Source: Utricularia gibba
Lineage: Eukaryota; Plantae; Magnoliophyta
Length of the DNA: 64,000 nt
Assembly (NCBI GenBank): GCA_002189035.1
Contig: NEEC01000024.1
Span: 248,001 to 312,000 of the forward strand
Direction of reading: 5' to 3'
Every line of letters starts with the position of its first letter. The first letter of the stretch is position 1. Positions 1 through 12,930 of the stretch are shown in pieces. Under the pieces are notes generated by a model. The model worked only from the letters and a program-made list of their open reading frames with translations, ran no database searches and was not told the DNA's origin. The translations under genes and the position numbers were made by a program.

Positions 1-189
1 CCCGGTTAAGGGATACCTGCTATTGGATGTGTTCCGACGAGATGTACTTTTTAGTTTGGTAGAATTCCGGAACGTTGCAGCACAAAGTTTAAACGATCTG
101 CCCTAATCGGTGGTGTAGCACCCGTAAGAGTTGAGTTCTTGTTGATGTCAGCTTATATCAGCGTTTCCCGATTGCTCGACTGTTCATCG

Positions 190-1619
190 ATGGCTGGATC
201 ACAGTGGATTAGGTTCGTACGGTCGAAGCCCTCTTATAGCGAATTGGTTAAGTTTGTCATGCTTTTGCCTGGAAATCATGGAAAGCGTTGGGTCTTTCCA
301 TCTTTCTCTGCGTTGCTTTTGTTCGGTTTGCTAGTTTGCTTCTTTCTTGTGGTGGGGTCGAGCTTTCTTTCAATTTTTCCATACTTAGAGGGAACGCTTG
401 ACGGGAATCGGAGCATGCATATGGTTATGAATAGTTCTCCTGTGGAAGGATGTAATGCATTTGATGGGGTTGGGTGATTGATGAAAGCTACCCTATATAC
501 AATGCAACATTATGTCCTTTTCTTGAGAAAGGATTTGATTGTGTGGGTAATGGAAGAAGGGACAAGGACTATCTCAAGTGGCGATGGAAGCCCAAGAATT
601 GTGAGATTCGCAAATTTGATGTCCATGCTATATTGGAGTGGCTACGCGGGAAAAGAATCGTGTTTGTGGGTGATTCGTTGAGTAGAACACAATGGGAATC
701 ATTGCTTTGCATGCTAATGAGCGGGATACCAGACAGAAATACTGTTTATGAAATTAATGGCAATGAGATCACCAAGAAAATACGGCATTTGGCTGTTCGA
801 TTTGAGCCACTCAATTCTACCGTTGAGTTCTATCGCTCGGTGTTCCTGGTGCAACCTGGTCAAGTTCCTAGTCATTCACCCAAAAGAGCAAAGATGGTCT
901 TAAAGCTGGACCAAATTGACAGTATCAGTCAACAATGGATCAATTCAGATGTTCTTGTTTTTAATTCAGGGCATTGGTGGTCTTCTACCAAGCTCTTTGA
1001 AATGTAACATACTATTTCCATTAGATTCACAGAACTTAGTCGATGATTATCTAATATTCTTTTTCAGACAGGGGCTGGTACTTCCAAGTTGGTGGAAAGA
1101 TAAAGCTTGGAATGCCAATAAGTAAAGCTTTTCAGTTTGCATTGACAACATGGAAGTCTTGGATGGAGAACTCAGTCAATCGGAATAGGACACAAGTTTT
1201 CATCCGAACTTTTGAGTCTACTAGTTGGAGGTTTGTTTGGCTACAGATCCTCTACCAGTGGTTTTGCTTTGCAGCTTGTTGGCTTCTTCATAACCATTGG
1301 GGTACAAACATTTATCTGCAGTCGCGGAGGGCGTCAAAATTGCAAGGTAACCAGATATCCATCCCATAATGTTAACGCAGGTGGGGAAAAGAGCTGGATA
1401 TCTGACGCGATTGTCACAGCTGTAGCGAACTCATCATTCCCAGTGAAACTGCTTCATGTTACAAGCTTGGGCGCCTTTAGAAGCGATGCTCATGTTGGTT
1501 CGTGGAGCGATAATCCTTCAGTTCCTGACTGTAGCCACTGGTGTTTGCCTGGAGTTCCTGACACGTGGAACGAGTTGCTTTTCTCATTTCTGCTTTCACA
1601 GGATATAGGTGTTGTGTAA
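190..1619 (+). CDS. TBL7: Trichome birefringence-like (TBL7-like) polysaccharide O-acetyltransferase, 3 exons (about 190-1003, 1072-1230, 1322-1619), with a 1-nt frameshift at 466-470
   Basis: N-terminal hydrophobic anchor; PMR5N-type Cys region (CNAFDG..W.IDESYP..C.F..GFDC..NGR.D..YLKWRWKP..C); GDSLSRTQWESL motif; C-terminal DCSHWCLPGVPDTWN. GT-AG introns 1004-1071 and 1231-1321 join the frames (KLFEM|GWYFQVG; TSWS|RGGRQNCKVT). The close match to Arabidopsis TBL7 is from memory, and the start codon is uncertain. Confidence 0.88.
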
Positions 1620-2334
1620 CTAACAGTCGCTGTGTGGGCTGTGATTCCATTAATTTGGTCCATAACTATGTTTAGAAAATTCCTTGTATTTTAAGAATTA
1701 TATTTGCAAAATAACGATAGCAGACACAGCTGTGTATATGCATATAAGGGGTGGGTGTTTCGATTTAGGTTGAAGTTCAATTGCGGGTATAATTGAGACT
1801 GAATGAAGTTGAGTAGACATTGTAGTTGAAGTTGTAGTTGGAGATGAATATAATTTTTATAGGTAAAATACTATGTTGTTCATATTTAATTTATGCATAA
1901 TTTAATATTTTAATAAACAAATATTAATCTTTTCACGCTTTACTTTCCTGTTAGTGCAATTTGCATTGGTGATAGGTTTTTCTCGCAAACTAGGATTTTA
2001 GTCACGTTGGATAGGAGAATAGCTAGAAGAGACTTTGAGCGAAATCTGATATTTCGTGGAGATTGTTTTTAGTTCTCTAACCTATAATGTAGCTTGATTT
2101 ATTGGATACTGTTTTTTATGTATCTTCTTGGTCAATATTACAAAAATATTTTTTCATCAATCTCTTATTGATTCTTTATAATACGGTGACCTTGAAAATT
2201 AATTTCATGATTTGCATTGAATAGATTTATTTGGATCATTTGATGTAAGTTTCAAAACTTTTTTTCAATTTTGCTATATAAATGATTTATAATTTACTTT
2301 ATGTTGCACTAATCAATTATTGGTTAGGATCATT

Positions 2335-3295
2335 AATAAACGAAAAATTCACAATTGTAGTTAAAAATGTAAATTCTTCCTATCAAATAAATTTATTAAC
2401 TTAATGCATACTCAATCATAAAACAAATATGAATATAGCAGATTAGGATAGAACATGAGAGCTTTGTGCTTGTTATATAAAAGTTAATGCATTGAACATT
2501 TGTCACAATTAAAGTTTGAGTCTAAACTAAGACTAATTCAGTTCTGCAATAAAATACAATGAAACACTAAACAGATAAATTTGATTACTAAATAAAATAA
2601 GATAATACAATATATTGAAACTTCTAAGAGTGCACTATCATTACTACACTTATCCCACTCAATTGAATGAAACATTAAAGTCTATCTAAACCTTTGTTTT
2701 TCATAACATTTGTTCTATCTCTAGTTAGGTTTATTTATGATGAATATCATTAACTCCCCCTCCTGAATCTATCCTAGTTTGATAAGGAATTAGTGTGATT
2801 ATCAAGTTAATATAGTCTAATGAGCAATAATCAGGTACACTCCCTTTTGCCTCAAATTATCATGTATATTTAACCACTCATGCTAAAATAAAATAAAACA
2901 CATTCATAATATGACATCAACATCATCTTTGTTTTACAACTTGACAACAAGAAAATAAACGTAAACATAAAATGGAATCGTAAATAGCTCATCCAAAATG
3001 CTAAAACTACTCCCGACGAGGAGTAGTATCCTTGAAAAACAAAAAAAAAGATTCAAACATAAGATTGGTTCTTGGTTTTGTCTCCTCCCCTTTTTAGTGG
3101 GTCTTTGCAATTTTCTTCCTAAACTCCCTTCCAAAACTGTGTTGCGTTTTTTCTCAAAATGGGTGTCCCCCAAGACATTTTCTATTTCTCATCATTTTAA
3201 AAAATACCCTTTTCTATCTCCATGGATTTTGATGTTATTCATATCAGCTTTTGCCCTCATCTTCTATCACTTCAATGTTAACTACTAGTTCATTG
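2335..3295 (-). mobile_element. Degenerate Athila-type LTR fragment
   Basis: 2335-2470 resembles the LTR terminus at 45886 and the LTR-A ends at 37192/52509 (TAATAAACGAAAAATT...CCTATCAAATAAATTTAT). The right boundary is approximate. Confidence 0.45.
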
Positions 3296-3319
3296 GGATT
3301 TGCATTGCTAAAATGTGAT

Positions 3320-4495
3320 TGTTGTTGTAGAAAATTGGTTTCAATTAAATCAGTATTTCTGGATCCGATTAACTAGTTAATGGATCGATCTTTGTTAGTG
3401 ATAAAAGCAGTAAAGAAGGTAGAAAATTTTATACGTGGAAACTGATGGAGCTGAGGGAGCTCACCTAGGAAATGGGTTTAACTAAGGAGAGGAGGAAAAG
3501 GATTAACAAATGCAAGGGATACATGATCCATTTCTCCTGAAACATCCTCCTATTTATAAGATATCAACCACTTTCTGTGAGTGTCAGTTGCACACGTGGT
3601 CCTATTGATAGATAACTGCCACTTGCTCTAAATTCCTGTAAGTCAGTTGCTTTTTAGACTCCATTGAGACGACTAAGGCTGGATGTTGTCCTTTTCCTAT
3701 TCCTGTAGGCACGCATCTACTTTAGTGATTGTCATCTGATTCATGCTGCTCAGTCGATATCATCTTGCAGAATCCGATTAGGTATTCTCTCCCCAAGGCT
3801 GATTTTTGTCGTTATCCTATGTTCTGTTTAAATTATCGTTTTGATACCGATGATGTCTTCTCTAAGTGGCATATACTGATTCTATCATTCAGGCCCTTTG
3901 ATTTACCGAGATTAGCACTTTGTGGTAAATAGGTGGATCAAAATTTTTAGAAATCTAATTTATCACTCTTCCTTTCGTTCTCTTCCATGTATTACTCTCA
4001 AGGGATGCCACATTTTTCTCATCTATTTTTTTGATGTTTTACCTTCTGCACCATTTCACCTTCAAAATCGTCCCCTATAAATAGCTTGCCCCTTTTCACC
4101 CACATTTTTCACCTTGCTGTTTCATTGCTTGCTAGAATTCTCTGCTCTCGCTGTTCAACGTTGTCGATATCTTATCGGAATCTACAAACTTTCTAGGTAT
4201 TCGTTTGTTCTCTTTGAGAGTTCATCTTTTTCTTGGAAAGTGTCTTGGGGATTTTAGAAGGGTTCCTAGGATTTGATCTATTTTTTTCCGATTTTTGTTT
4301 TCTGTTAGATTTTCCTCCCTCTTTTTCGAATCTTGCCCTTTTCGATTTCGATATTTGAAATGGTCAGAAAGTCCAGTGAACTGAATACCTCCTCCATCTG
4401 CTCTTGATACTTGGTCCTCGACAAGTATATCATCACTCTAGCCAATGATGGTGAGATCCCTAGGGGAGTGGCTGAGAAGCCTCTCCACCCATTTA
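3320..4495 (-). mobile_element. Tat/Retand 3' fragment: LTR (3320-3887), PPT, 3' non-coding region and start of the antisense ORF (ATG 4360 on +)
   Basis: The reverse complement matches the Tat LTR landmarks at 21110 and 60340 (TATAAAT, TTTCCACGT.AAAA) and the PPT-CTGAA-TGATAG junction at 33094-33110. 4360+ translates MVRKSSELNTSSICS*Y, similar to MGRKSSELNIPAIRSRY. Confidence 0.72.
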
Positions 4496-4499
4496 GGGT

Positions 4500-5445
4500 T
4501 TAAAGTAGAAACTTCTAGAAAAACCCCCCATTTAATCTATTTTATGCATTGGACCTGGACTTACTGCTGCTACATGAATTTCTTTGTGAATGAAATGTGG
4601 TTTAATTGTTCAGTTTATAAATTTCTTTTGATGGGAAAAACCTTTAGACTCGTGACATTTATAGAATTTTTCATCCATCAAAATGGCATCGTTGCCGAGG
4701 AGCTAGGTGCTTTTTTGTTGTTGTTGTTAATGCATTTACGTTCATTCGGAGATTGAGAGAACTGCAAGGGAGCAAAAGAAACGTGCAAAAGAGAAGTAGT
4801 ATGAGGCAATTGAAAAAGCCAAAAAGGGAGGTGCTACACACAAATCAATCATGAATGCAATTGGACCAGAGAAAACCATGCACGAATATAACTGCCCAAA
4901 TTATTCTTACCGAGGGATCTGCATAAATTTTCCAGAAGAAGTTGCTGGGTTTGTTCTCAAACCAGGGATAATCAATCTTTTTTCAACATTTTATGGAATT
5001 GGGAAAGAGGATGCACATCAACACTTGGACGGATGCATTTCACTCAATGCTGTTGTGAGACCAATAGAAGTGGCATAAGACAACATACTTTTAAGAGTTT
5101 TTCAATTCACACTTGAGGGAGATGCAAAAGAGTGGTTTAATAGCTTGGAATCAGGAAGCATTGGGAGTTGAACTGAAATGAAAAAGGCATTTTTAAACAA
5201 GCATTTTCCATTCACCAAGGCCGAAGAGTTGAGGAGAAGAATTGCGGATATTCACCAATTTATGGGAGACTCACTCCATGAATATTGGGACAAATTTAAT
5301 AAATTGCTTGCAAGTTGTCCGGATCACGGGTAAGAAAAACATACCTTGGTTAAATTTTTTCTAGAAGGACTTTTGCCCCCAATGAGAACTGAGTTGGATG
5401 TTGCTACTGGATGGAGGATGAGGACACTCACTCCTACCTAGGCCG
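4500..5445 (+). mobile_element. Athila fragment: 3' end of 5' LTR (CA at 4679-4680), PBS 4684-4701 and degenerate gag
   Basis: TGGCATCGTTGCCGAGGA resembles the tRNA-Asp PBS TGGCGCCGTTGCCGGGGA. Gag-like translation FVLKPGIINLFSTFYGIGKEDAHQHL...FQFTLEGDAKEWFNSLESGSI...YWDKFNKLLASCPDHG contains stops. Confidence 0.78.
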
Positions 5446-7195
5446 TCAAATGAAAACCTTTAGACTTGCGACATCTTCAGAATTTTCCATCCGTCAAATG
5501 CACTTCTCTGTCTTTAAGTAACCCTCATGAAATTATCCATGAATTTCTTGGATAACTTGCATCTCTAGAGGAGAATTTTTAGGTATCATAGCACGATAAT
5601 TGTAATAAAGTATGCCATCCGTCACACTCCACTAAGTCGGCAATTTTCCTTACTCACATTGAGATATTAAACTTCGGACGCTCACATCTTGTGCTTGGGC
5701 TGTTTGTATGCTATCTGAAAATTTATTAATTACCACTTGTAGGGCTAATATCTCTTCCTCCCTATTTCCCTTCTTGATAATGCATCAGCCACCTTGTTTT
5801 CGACTCCTTTTTGTATTCAATGTTGAATTCATACCCCATTATTTTTCTTTGCCACTTCTATTGGAAGGGAGTGTGGAGTTCTTGCTGATCTAAAAATTTT
5901 AAACTACATTGATCAGTCTTAACAATAAATTTGTGCCTCCATAAATATTGTCTCCAATGCTTGCTCAAATAGACTAACCCGATTAGTTCCTTCTCATGGG
6001 CTGCCAAGTGTTTTTGTCTTTCTGAGAAGGCTTTGCTAAACAAGGCAATCGGTCTATCTTGTTGCAAGACAGCCCCAAGTCCATAGTCGGATGCATCACA
6101 CTCAATGACCAACTCTTTAGCAAATCTTTGCTCGACTGGAATTTTCTTCAAGTCTTCAAAGGCTTTTTTGAAATTGCTCCACTAGAATTTTCCTTTTATC
6201 AGCATATTAGTTAAGGGTTCTATATAGCTTCTATAATGTGGAATAAACCTGCGGTAACATCCCTAAACCCACAAGGCCCAAAAAACCCCTCAATTCCCGA
6301 ATTGAACTCGGTTTCTCCCATTCTAAAATGGCATTAATTTCTTTACAATCCACCTTAATGCCCTCTATCCCAATAATATGCCCCAAGATATCCGACTTCT
6401 TTCTATCCGAAATAGCATTTGGAGCACTTGATTTTCATTTGATTCTAGTGGAGGATATCAAATACTTGTTGAAGGTGCCCCTAATGTTCCTCCCAACTAT
6501 GACTATAAACTAATATATCATCAAAAAATACACAAACTCACCTTCTCAACAAGGGTTTAAAGATGGTGTTCATCAATTATTGGAAAGTGGAGGGGGCATT
6601 CATCAGTCGAAACGGCATAACGAGAAGCTCATAATGCCCCACATGATTCTAGAAGGTAGTTTTTCCCACATCTTCCATTCTCATCCTCACTTGATGGTAG
6701 CTTAAATGAAGATCCATCGTAGAAAATACTCGAACTACATGTAACTTGGCCAAAATCTCTTCTACAATTGATATAGGAAAAGGGATTTTCTCAGTGATGG
6801 CATTTAGACCTCAATAATCCACACACATCCAATGCCCACCCTCATAGTTGGGGACTAATAAGACTCAAGCTGAAAATGGACAATAACTTTCTCTAATCCA
6901 CCCTTTCTCCCTTAGCTCCTTGCATTGTTTGTCTATCTCATCCTTTTTACATTGAGGGTATCTATAAGGCCTTTTGGCCACAATCCCAATACTAGGTTTC
7001 AAGTAAATTTGGTAGTCAGACTCCCGCTATGGTGGCAATCCTGCAGCTTCCACAAAAATATCCACAAACATATCAAGAATGGAATTCATGTCTCTCGTCG
7101 CACACTCTTGGGTTGACGAAGAGACCCTCAACTTGAGATTAAAGAGGTTCATCACATGACTCCTCACTACTTCACTGTATAAAGTGATCACCCTC

Positions 7196-8468
7196 TGTTA
7201 AGTGTCATTTTCTAGTTATTATGATGTATTATTATGTGTTAATCTAGTATTAAGTTGCCCAAATCAAGAGTCATATTATTAAGTATTTGGCTTTATTAGA
7301 AAATCCCCTATTTTTGTATTTTGTACATATTTTGTTGTTTTTTTTCGTGCACTTTCACCCAAAATGTCAGGAGGCAAGCTTGGAGTGTTGCAAGAGACCA
7401 GACACTGAGGTTTCATGCCTTGCATGCAACTTTGATCAATTGTGAGTGGAAGACTGACACTAGTAAGGACCCTTAACTTACAGTATGTTAGAGTCTGCAG
7501 CAATGATTGGACGCTTACTTGCATGCGTGGGGGTTTTGATGGGAAGGGGAGCAGGAAGAGTTAATGCACGTGGGGAGTGAGATAATACCAACTTGGAACA
7601 TTATCTTTCAGACTTTTGACACTTTGTTCTTAGACTTAGAACATTGGGTTCTTCCTCTCAACCAACAAAGGAAGAACACTTAGCTTTCCATTTCGTTTTC
7701 TGTTTTCATGGCCATTTGTGGCTAAACCTCTTTAGTTTCTGGGAGTAGATGAAATTTCCTTCCAATTCTTGAGCATTAATCTTGGTTCTTAGCTGAATTC
7801 ATTCTGGATTTTGCATACTTCCATGTGTCTTGTTGCAGTCTTTATGTAACATCTCCTAGTCATGGTCCTTGAGTAGCAAGCCACTCCTCATGGATTTTGA
7901 TGAAGAGCAAGGTGAAAAGCACCATCTCCAACCCTATCAGTTCAAGGAAAGTAGCGAATTGTTTGTGACCGAGGTACCGTGACAATGGAAAGGTAGTGAC
8001 CTCGTACCTACCATTGGTCATTGGCAACAGGTGGGCACATGCACAGAATTCAGTTTTGAAGGCAATCGAAGGCAATCCTCTTGTTTTCTCAATCGTCCAA
8101 GGGGAACCACATGAGGCTATTCTCGTGCCTCATTGTCAATCCGAGTGTAAGGGAGAGTAGGTTATTCCTTGCTCCTATAACCAGCTATTCAGAGGGAATC
8201 AGTGAAAGCCGAGGCGAGGATAGACAAAAAGAGGAAACATAGTCTATTTCCCAAGAAATGCAACCCTTATTCAAGGTTCATCACTTGTGTTATATTTTTT
8301 ATTTCTACACTTCAAAAACCCTTTTTTATAAACCTGTGACAATTTGTAAGAGTTTTCCACAAAACACTTTTTGAAAAACTTAACTCCCTGAGATCGACAC
8401 TCGTACTATGGTCTTTTGTGTTTTATGTTTTTCTAAATTAAAATGTGTTGAGGAAACGACACGCAACA
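7196..8468 (+). mobile_element. Athila-type solo LTR inserted in the Reina-like pol
   Basis: TG...CA termini; TSD CCCTC/CCCTT. Removing it restores the host frame (FLYQGR|VITLY...). Athila-like U5 (ACTCCCTGAGATCGACACTCGTACT). Confidence 0.85.
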
Positions 8469-9721
8469 CCCTTCCTTGATATAAGAATTGGAAGATACCT
8501 TCATTTAAATTCCAAGTGATCAGGACCAAGGTACTCAACTAATTGATACCCAACACCCTTCATATTTTTGAATTGGAGTAATAAGAAGTTGAAATCAAAT
8601 ATACACCCAAGAAACTTTAGTTTCGTGGTTCTACATTTGCTCACACAAGGTTTATTTTTTGTGCCACCTTCTCTTGCAAGAAGCAGTGCGTACTACCCGT
8701 ATCCACCAAGAATTCTACTTCAAAATTATATATCCTTCCTCTTAGTTTCATGGTGTCTGGTCTTCCCAAGACAACAATCGCATTCAAAGAGATTTCAAAT
8801 CTGTCCACCTCTACCTTATTTAAGTCATGTCAATTGATTCTTTCCTCCTCATTATCACATTCATCTTCTAGTGCATCCAAAAAATACAACTTAGTGCCAT
8901 GTCGGGTGCATTTATGTCCCGGAGCATGTCTCTTCTGACAATGAAATCACAAACCTTTGGCTCGCTTCTCTTCTATCTCCCTAGGGGTTAATTGCCTAAA
9001 TGTGGGAGGCTTTCTAGTAACTCTTGCACCTCCTTTTGATTCCCTAAATATTCCTGATCCTTCTAACCTTTTGGTTTTCCAATCGAGTGTTTTTGCCTTG
9101 ATTCTTTCTGTTTCAATCACTTGATTCAGATACTTAGCTATGTTCATGGCCTCTGAATATATCTCATGTTTCTGCAAATACACCTGTTTCTCAAGGGGTC
9201 CAGTCAACCCACTAACATACATCTTTAGTTCTTTATCCTCAGTAAGGTCAGGAATCATAAGAGTAATTTGTTTGAATTTCTAATGATACTCTGCTAAGCT
9301 CCTGCCCATCCATTGATTTCTCAATTCCGCCATCCCCCTCCTTGAACCAAATCTTTGAAAACGATTTCTCAGCGCCTCTTTGAACTCATTCCAGCTAGAG
9401 AAGGGTGTCTTGAGATGTATCTTACGCATCCAATGCTGTGCTGACCCATCAATGTGTCCCATGGCTACTGTGAGCTTCTCCAAGTCTTCGACTTGCATCA
9501 TCGCAAACATAAACTCGCACATAGTGACCCATTAATCAACTTCTGAGCCTCCATTATACCTAGGGTCGGAATTCTATTCACAACTCGATGTTATCTCAAA
9601 TGAGTGTGCACCTCCACCATTTTGAGTTAAATGAGAGACTTGAGTAGGAAGGCTAGAGAGTTGCAAGACCTAATTAGATAAGTTGCTCAACAGTTCCAAT
9701 ACCCTACTATTGGACATTGTT

Positions 9722-9734
9722 GGCTCTGATACCA
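9722..9734 (-). promoter_or_regulatory. Primer binding site (tRNA-iMet) of the Reina-like element
   Basis: GGCTCTGATACCA on + = TGGTATCAGAGCC on -, 3 nt from the LTR end. Confidence 0.9.
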
Positions 9735-10349
9735 AGTTGTTATGAAATGCTATTATCGGAATGGGTATGAGAGGAGGAAGAGGGAAGAGGGAGGATTGGG
9801 AGTGATTGAACGGTCGATGCATTGTCACATCCCTCAGCAAACCAATACAAGCCTTCAAGGAATTTTGACTTTTCCTTAAGATGTTCAGCATTTACTAAGA
9901 TGAAGGGAGAGGGGAGTAGAGAAGAAGGGGTTCGGCGACAATGCATCAAAGAGACAATGGGAAAGAGGAGATTCATTAATTGCTCTCAAAAGTCCCTTTT
10001 TTTCCATACTTGTGGCAGGGATATGTAGGGGGACTACCACCCAATATTTTTGATCCCACAAAAACATTCGTGCAATCAAAATAAAGAGCTCCTATGCATG
10101 TTTTTGCAAGGTATTTCTACAAAATATAAAATTTTAGCAACTAAAAGAATGTGGAGTATGAAAACTCTCACTTACCTAAAGCCTCCTATGCATAGGAGTC
10201 ACACTATAAATGGTTTAACTTCATAGTAAACTTCTCTTTTTCGGAGTTAGTTTCCTTGATCACATTCTTTTATCATACCACATCTACCTTCCTCTAAGTT
10301 TATGTCCAAGGTAGTTTCAATGTGAGGACAAAGAGTACCACTACATGTA

Positions 10350-10955
10350 TGATAGATGGAAAATTCTAGAGTCGTGGGCCTAAAGATTTTCCTCATCAAA
10401 AGATACTTATAAATTGAATAGGTAAACTACATCACATTCATTAAGAAAATAATGAATAGTAAGACCAAGTCGATCCACATGAAGCAAATGGTTAAGTTCC
10501 ACTATCACACTGGAACTGTTCCTCCTTCGTTTTCTTCACAGAAAACTACTCAAAATCGCTGGAAAATCACCTTTCAACATCAAAAATCTCCCTTCTCTCT
10601 CTACTCGATCGTGCCTATCCCTTGTTTCATGTCGTGTAGTGGCTTAGCTTTTTGTTCCTTGTTTCTCGCTAGGTAGTCCTATGTCATCACGAATGCAAAT
10701 GTATTGGATTAATAATTACTGCACATAATAATCAAAATACATAGTCCAACCCAAATGGGCTGGTTGTTCCTAAACCTGGATGAACATTAAGTTCACCCCA
10801 TCTAGTAGATCAAAGTAATATAGACCGAAAACAGGTTTTTACTCAAGATAAATTCACTAGCGCTAATTTTGACATTTTTTTGCTATTCTAACTTACCTAA
10901 TTCCACATCCTAATACTAAAATACCTCAAATATGACTCATTTTGACACAACATCA
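10350..10955 (-). mobile_element. Athila-type solo LTR (short, probably internally deleted)
   Basis: TG...CA termini with perfect TSD ATGTA/ATGTA. The end at 10350 matches the reverse complement of the LTR end at about 4620-4680. Confidence 0.8.
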
Positions 10956-11984
10956 ATGTACCAGCACAAATGCTATGATCAAGCTTGCTCATCTTGTCTA
11001 AAATCATAATATCCTCTCTATGTCTTGTCTTCTTAAATATTTAGTGACTCCAAATTGTTGTTTTGAGATTTCCTATCAAAAACATACAACACCAATAATA
11101 TGCATCAGGCTTGTTGTGGTACTTATAAATTAAACGAGAAGTAACTTGAATATTCATTTAATGACTCCATCGGCCTTTCGAAATGTTGTTTTGTAGTGTC
11201 CTTTTAGTAGCCCAAATTCTTCGTCTTATTGGATTCATCACTACTACATCGGAACTTCTTTCCATTTTATTTTGAATACTCAAGACACAATAATACATCA
11301 CAATACACGGCATACACTAGAGTGTTTGATAGATTCAGAATGATATCAACTACACAAAGATCAAACACACACAAATAGTTATAAAGAACAAATAACTCCA
11401 CATGTAGCAGAATAGAATTTAGTGTTAGGACTAAGCCAATTTAGCTATTTGAAATAAATGTAAATGTGCTTTCAACTTCTCTACTGATTTCATAATCTTG
11501 TGCTGGAAGCCTTATAAACCATTTCCAAATCTAAAGGATCTTGGCCACTACAATAATGGAAACACACAATTGTTTTCGTTAGAACTCATAGCAACTAGTA
11601 CTTTATCCTTCATAGTGGGGAGGATAGGCATTCCATGTACACTAATTACTTGACTATTGCACATTATGAAACCCTATGCAAACTTCAACGCAAAAAAAAA
11701 GAATTCATTACATGAAACCAAACTTTTGAACGCATACCTATCAGAAATTGGAGACCACAAATTTTAAGGAAAATCAAGATGTGGGTGAGGCTTACTATGG
11801 AAGAATCTACTGTGCAACTCCTATCAACAATTGGAGACAAGATTTACCGAATTTAGGTGAAAATCTGACTAGGAATGTAGCAAAATTGGGGGAAGTTGTT
11901 CTACAACTCGCTAGGAAAGCAATTCTAGGGAAAGAGAATTTGTTCTCTTCTTTATCATTACTTCGATTTTTATTGGTTTCTTAC

Positions 11985-12930
11985 GAATAACTGGTTATAG
12001 TATCAAGGAATATTCTACTCTTGCTTACACTCTTTTACAAGGAGGCTCAAAAATAATCTCATGTTATCTCTCTTTAAACGACTGAGAGGACAAGAGGATT
12101 GTCATCAATTACCATCAAAACCATATTCCTCATATGTGCCTAACTGTTGCCAATGACTAGTGGCCCAGGTACGAGGTCACTACCCATTCATTAATGAAGT
12201 ATCCCAATTACAGACAATTCGCTATTTGCCTTGAACCAATAAGATTGAAGATGATGTTGTTCATCTTACTCTACATCAAAATTTGTGAGGAGTGACCGAC
12301 TGTTCATGGACCATGAGAAAAGACATTACAAAAACACTATAACATTACATGTGAAAATATATAAAATCCAGAAGAAAGTCAATGAATAACCGAGAGTTGT
12401 GCTCAAGATATTAAAAGAAACTTTATCAATTCTCAAAAATTAGGAATGCTTAGCCACATAGGGCCATCACAAACACAAACTTCATCAATTCTATAAGTTC
12501 AAGTGTGAAAAGCGAAGAAAAAGTCTCCATCAAATGAGTTCGAAGTCTACTTTTATTGACATCCCAAAGTACATTTTATTACTGTGCTTCTATTCCTTCA
12601 TTCATTCTATCTTCCTTATGGATTTAACTTTCTCATTCATGCAAGTAATATCTCTAATCATCATTGTGGACTCTGATATATTATAAGGTGTGTATTATGG
12701 ATAGTGTCAATCTTCCATCTACCAAGAATACAGCTGGCATACAAGTTAGGAAATGACATTTATCTTCTTTTTTTTTTACCTAGAAGTCTATTGTCACACT
12801 TTAACATTGATTTCTACAATTTTTGGATAAAAACACACGAAAACACAATACAAAAATATAATAATTATTAATATAACTCCTAATTGGATAACTTAATCCT
12901 AAATTAAGACATAAAAATATCTAATAAACA
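11985..12930 (-). mobile_element. Degenerate LTR of the same family as 7196-8468, inverted relative to it
   Basis: 11990-12200 aligns with the reverse complement of 7990-8190 (GGTAGTGACCTCGTACCT...CATTGGCAACAG). It ends ...TAAACA at 12930. Confidence 0.65.

Larger units (their letters stand above)
5446..10060 (-). mobile_element. Chromovirus-type (Reina-like) Ty3/gypsy element, 3'-truncated within integrase; 5' LTR about 9738-10060
   Basis: PBS TGGTATCAGAGCC; gag (FRQLTPREIEEKRAKGL.FHC); RT (RPYRYPQ..KDEI, FDDILVYS near 6520); RNase H (IECDASDYGLGAVLQQDRPIALFSK...EKELIGLV); multiple stops. The LTR right end is approximate and no 3' LTR was found. Confidence 0.8.
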
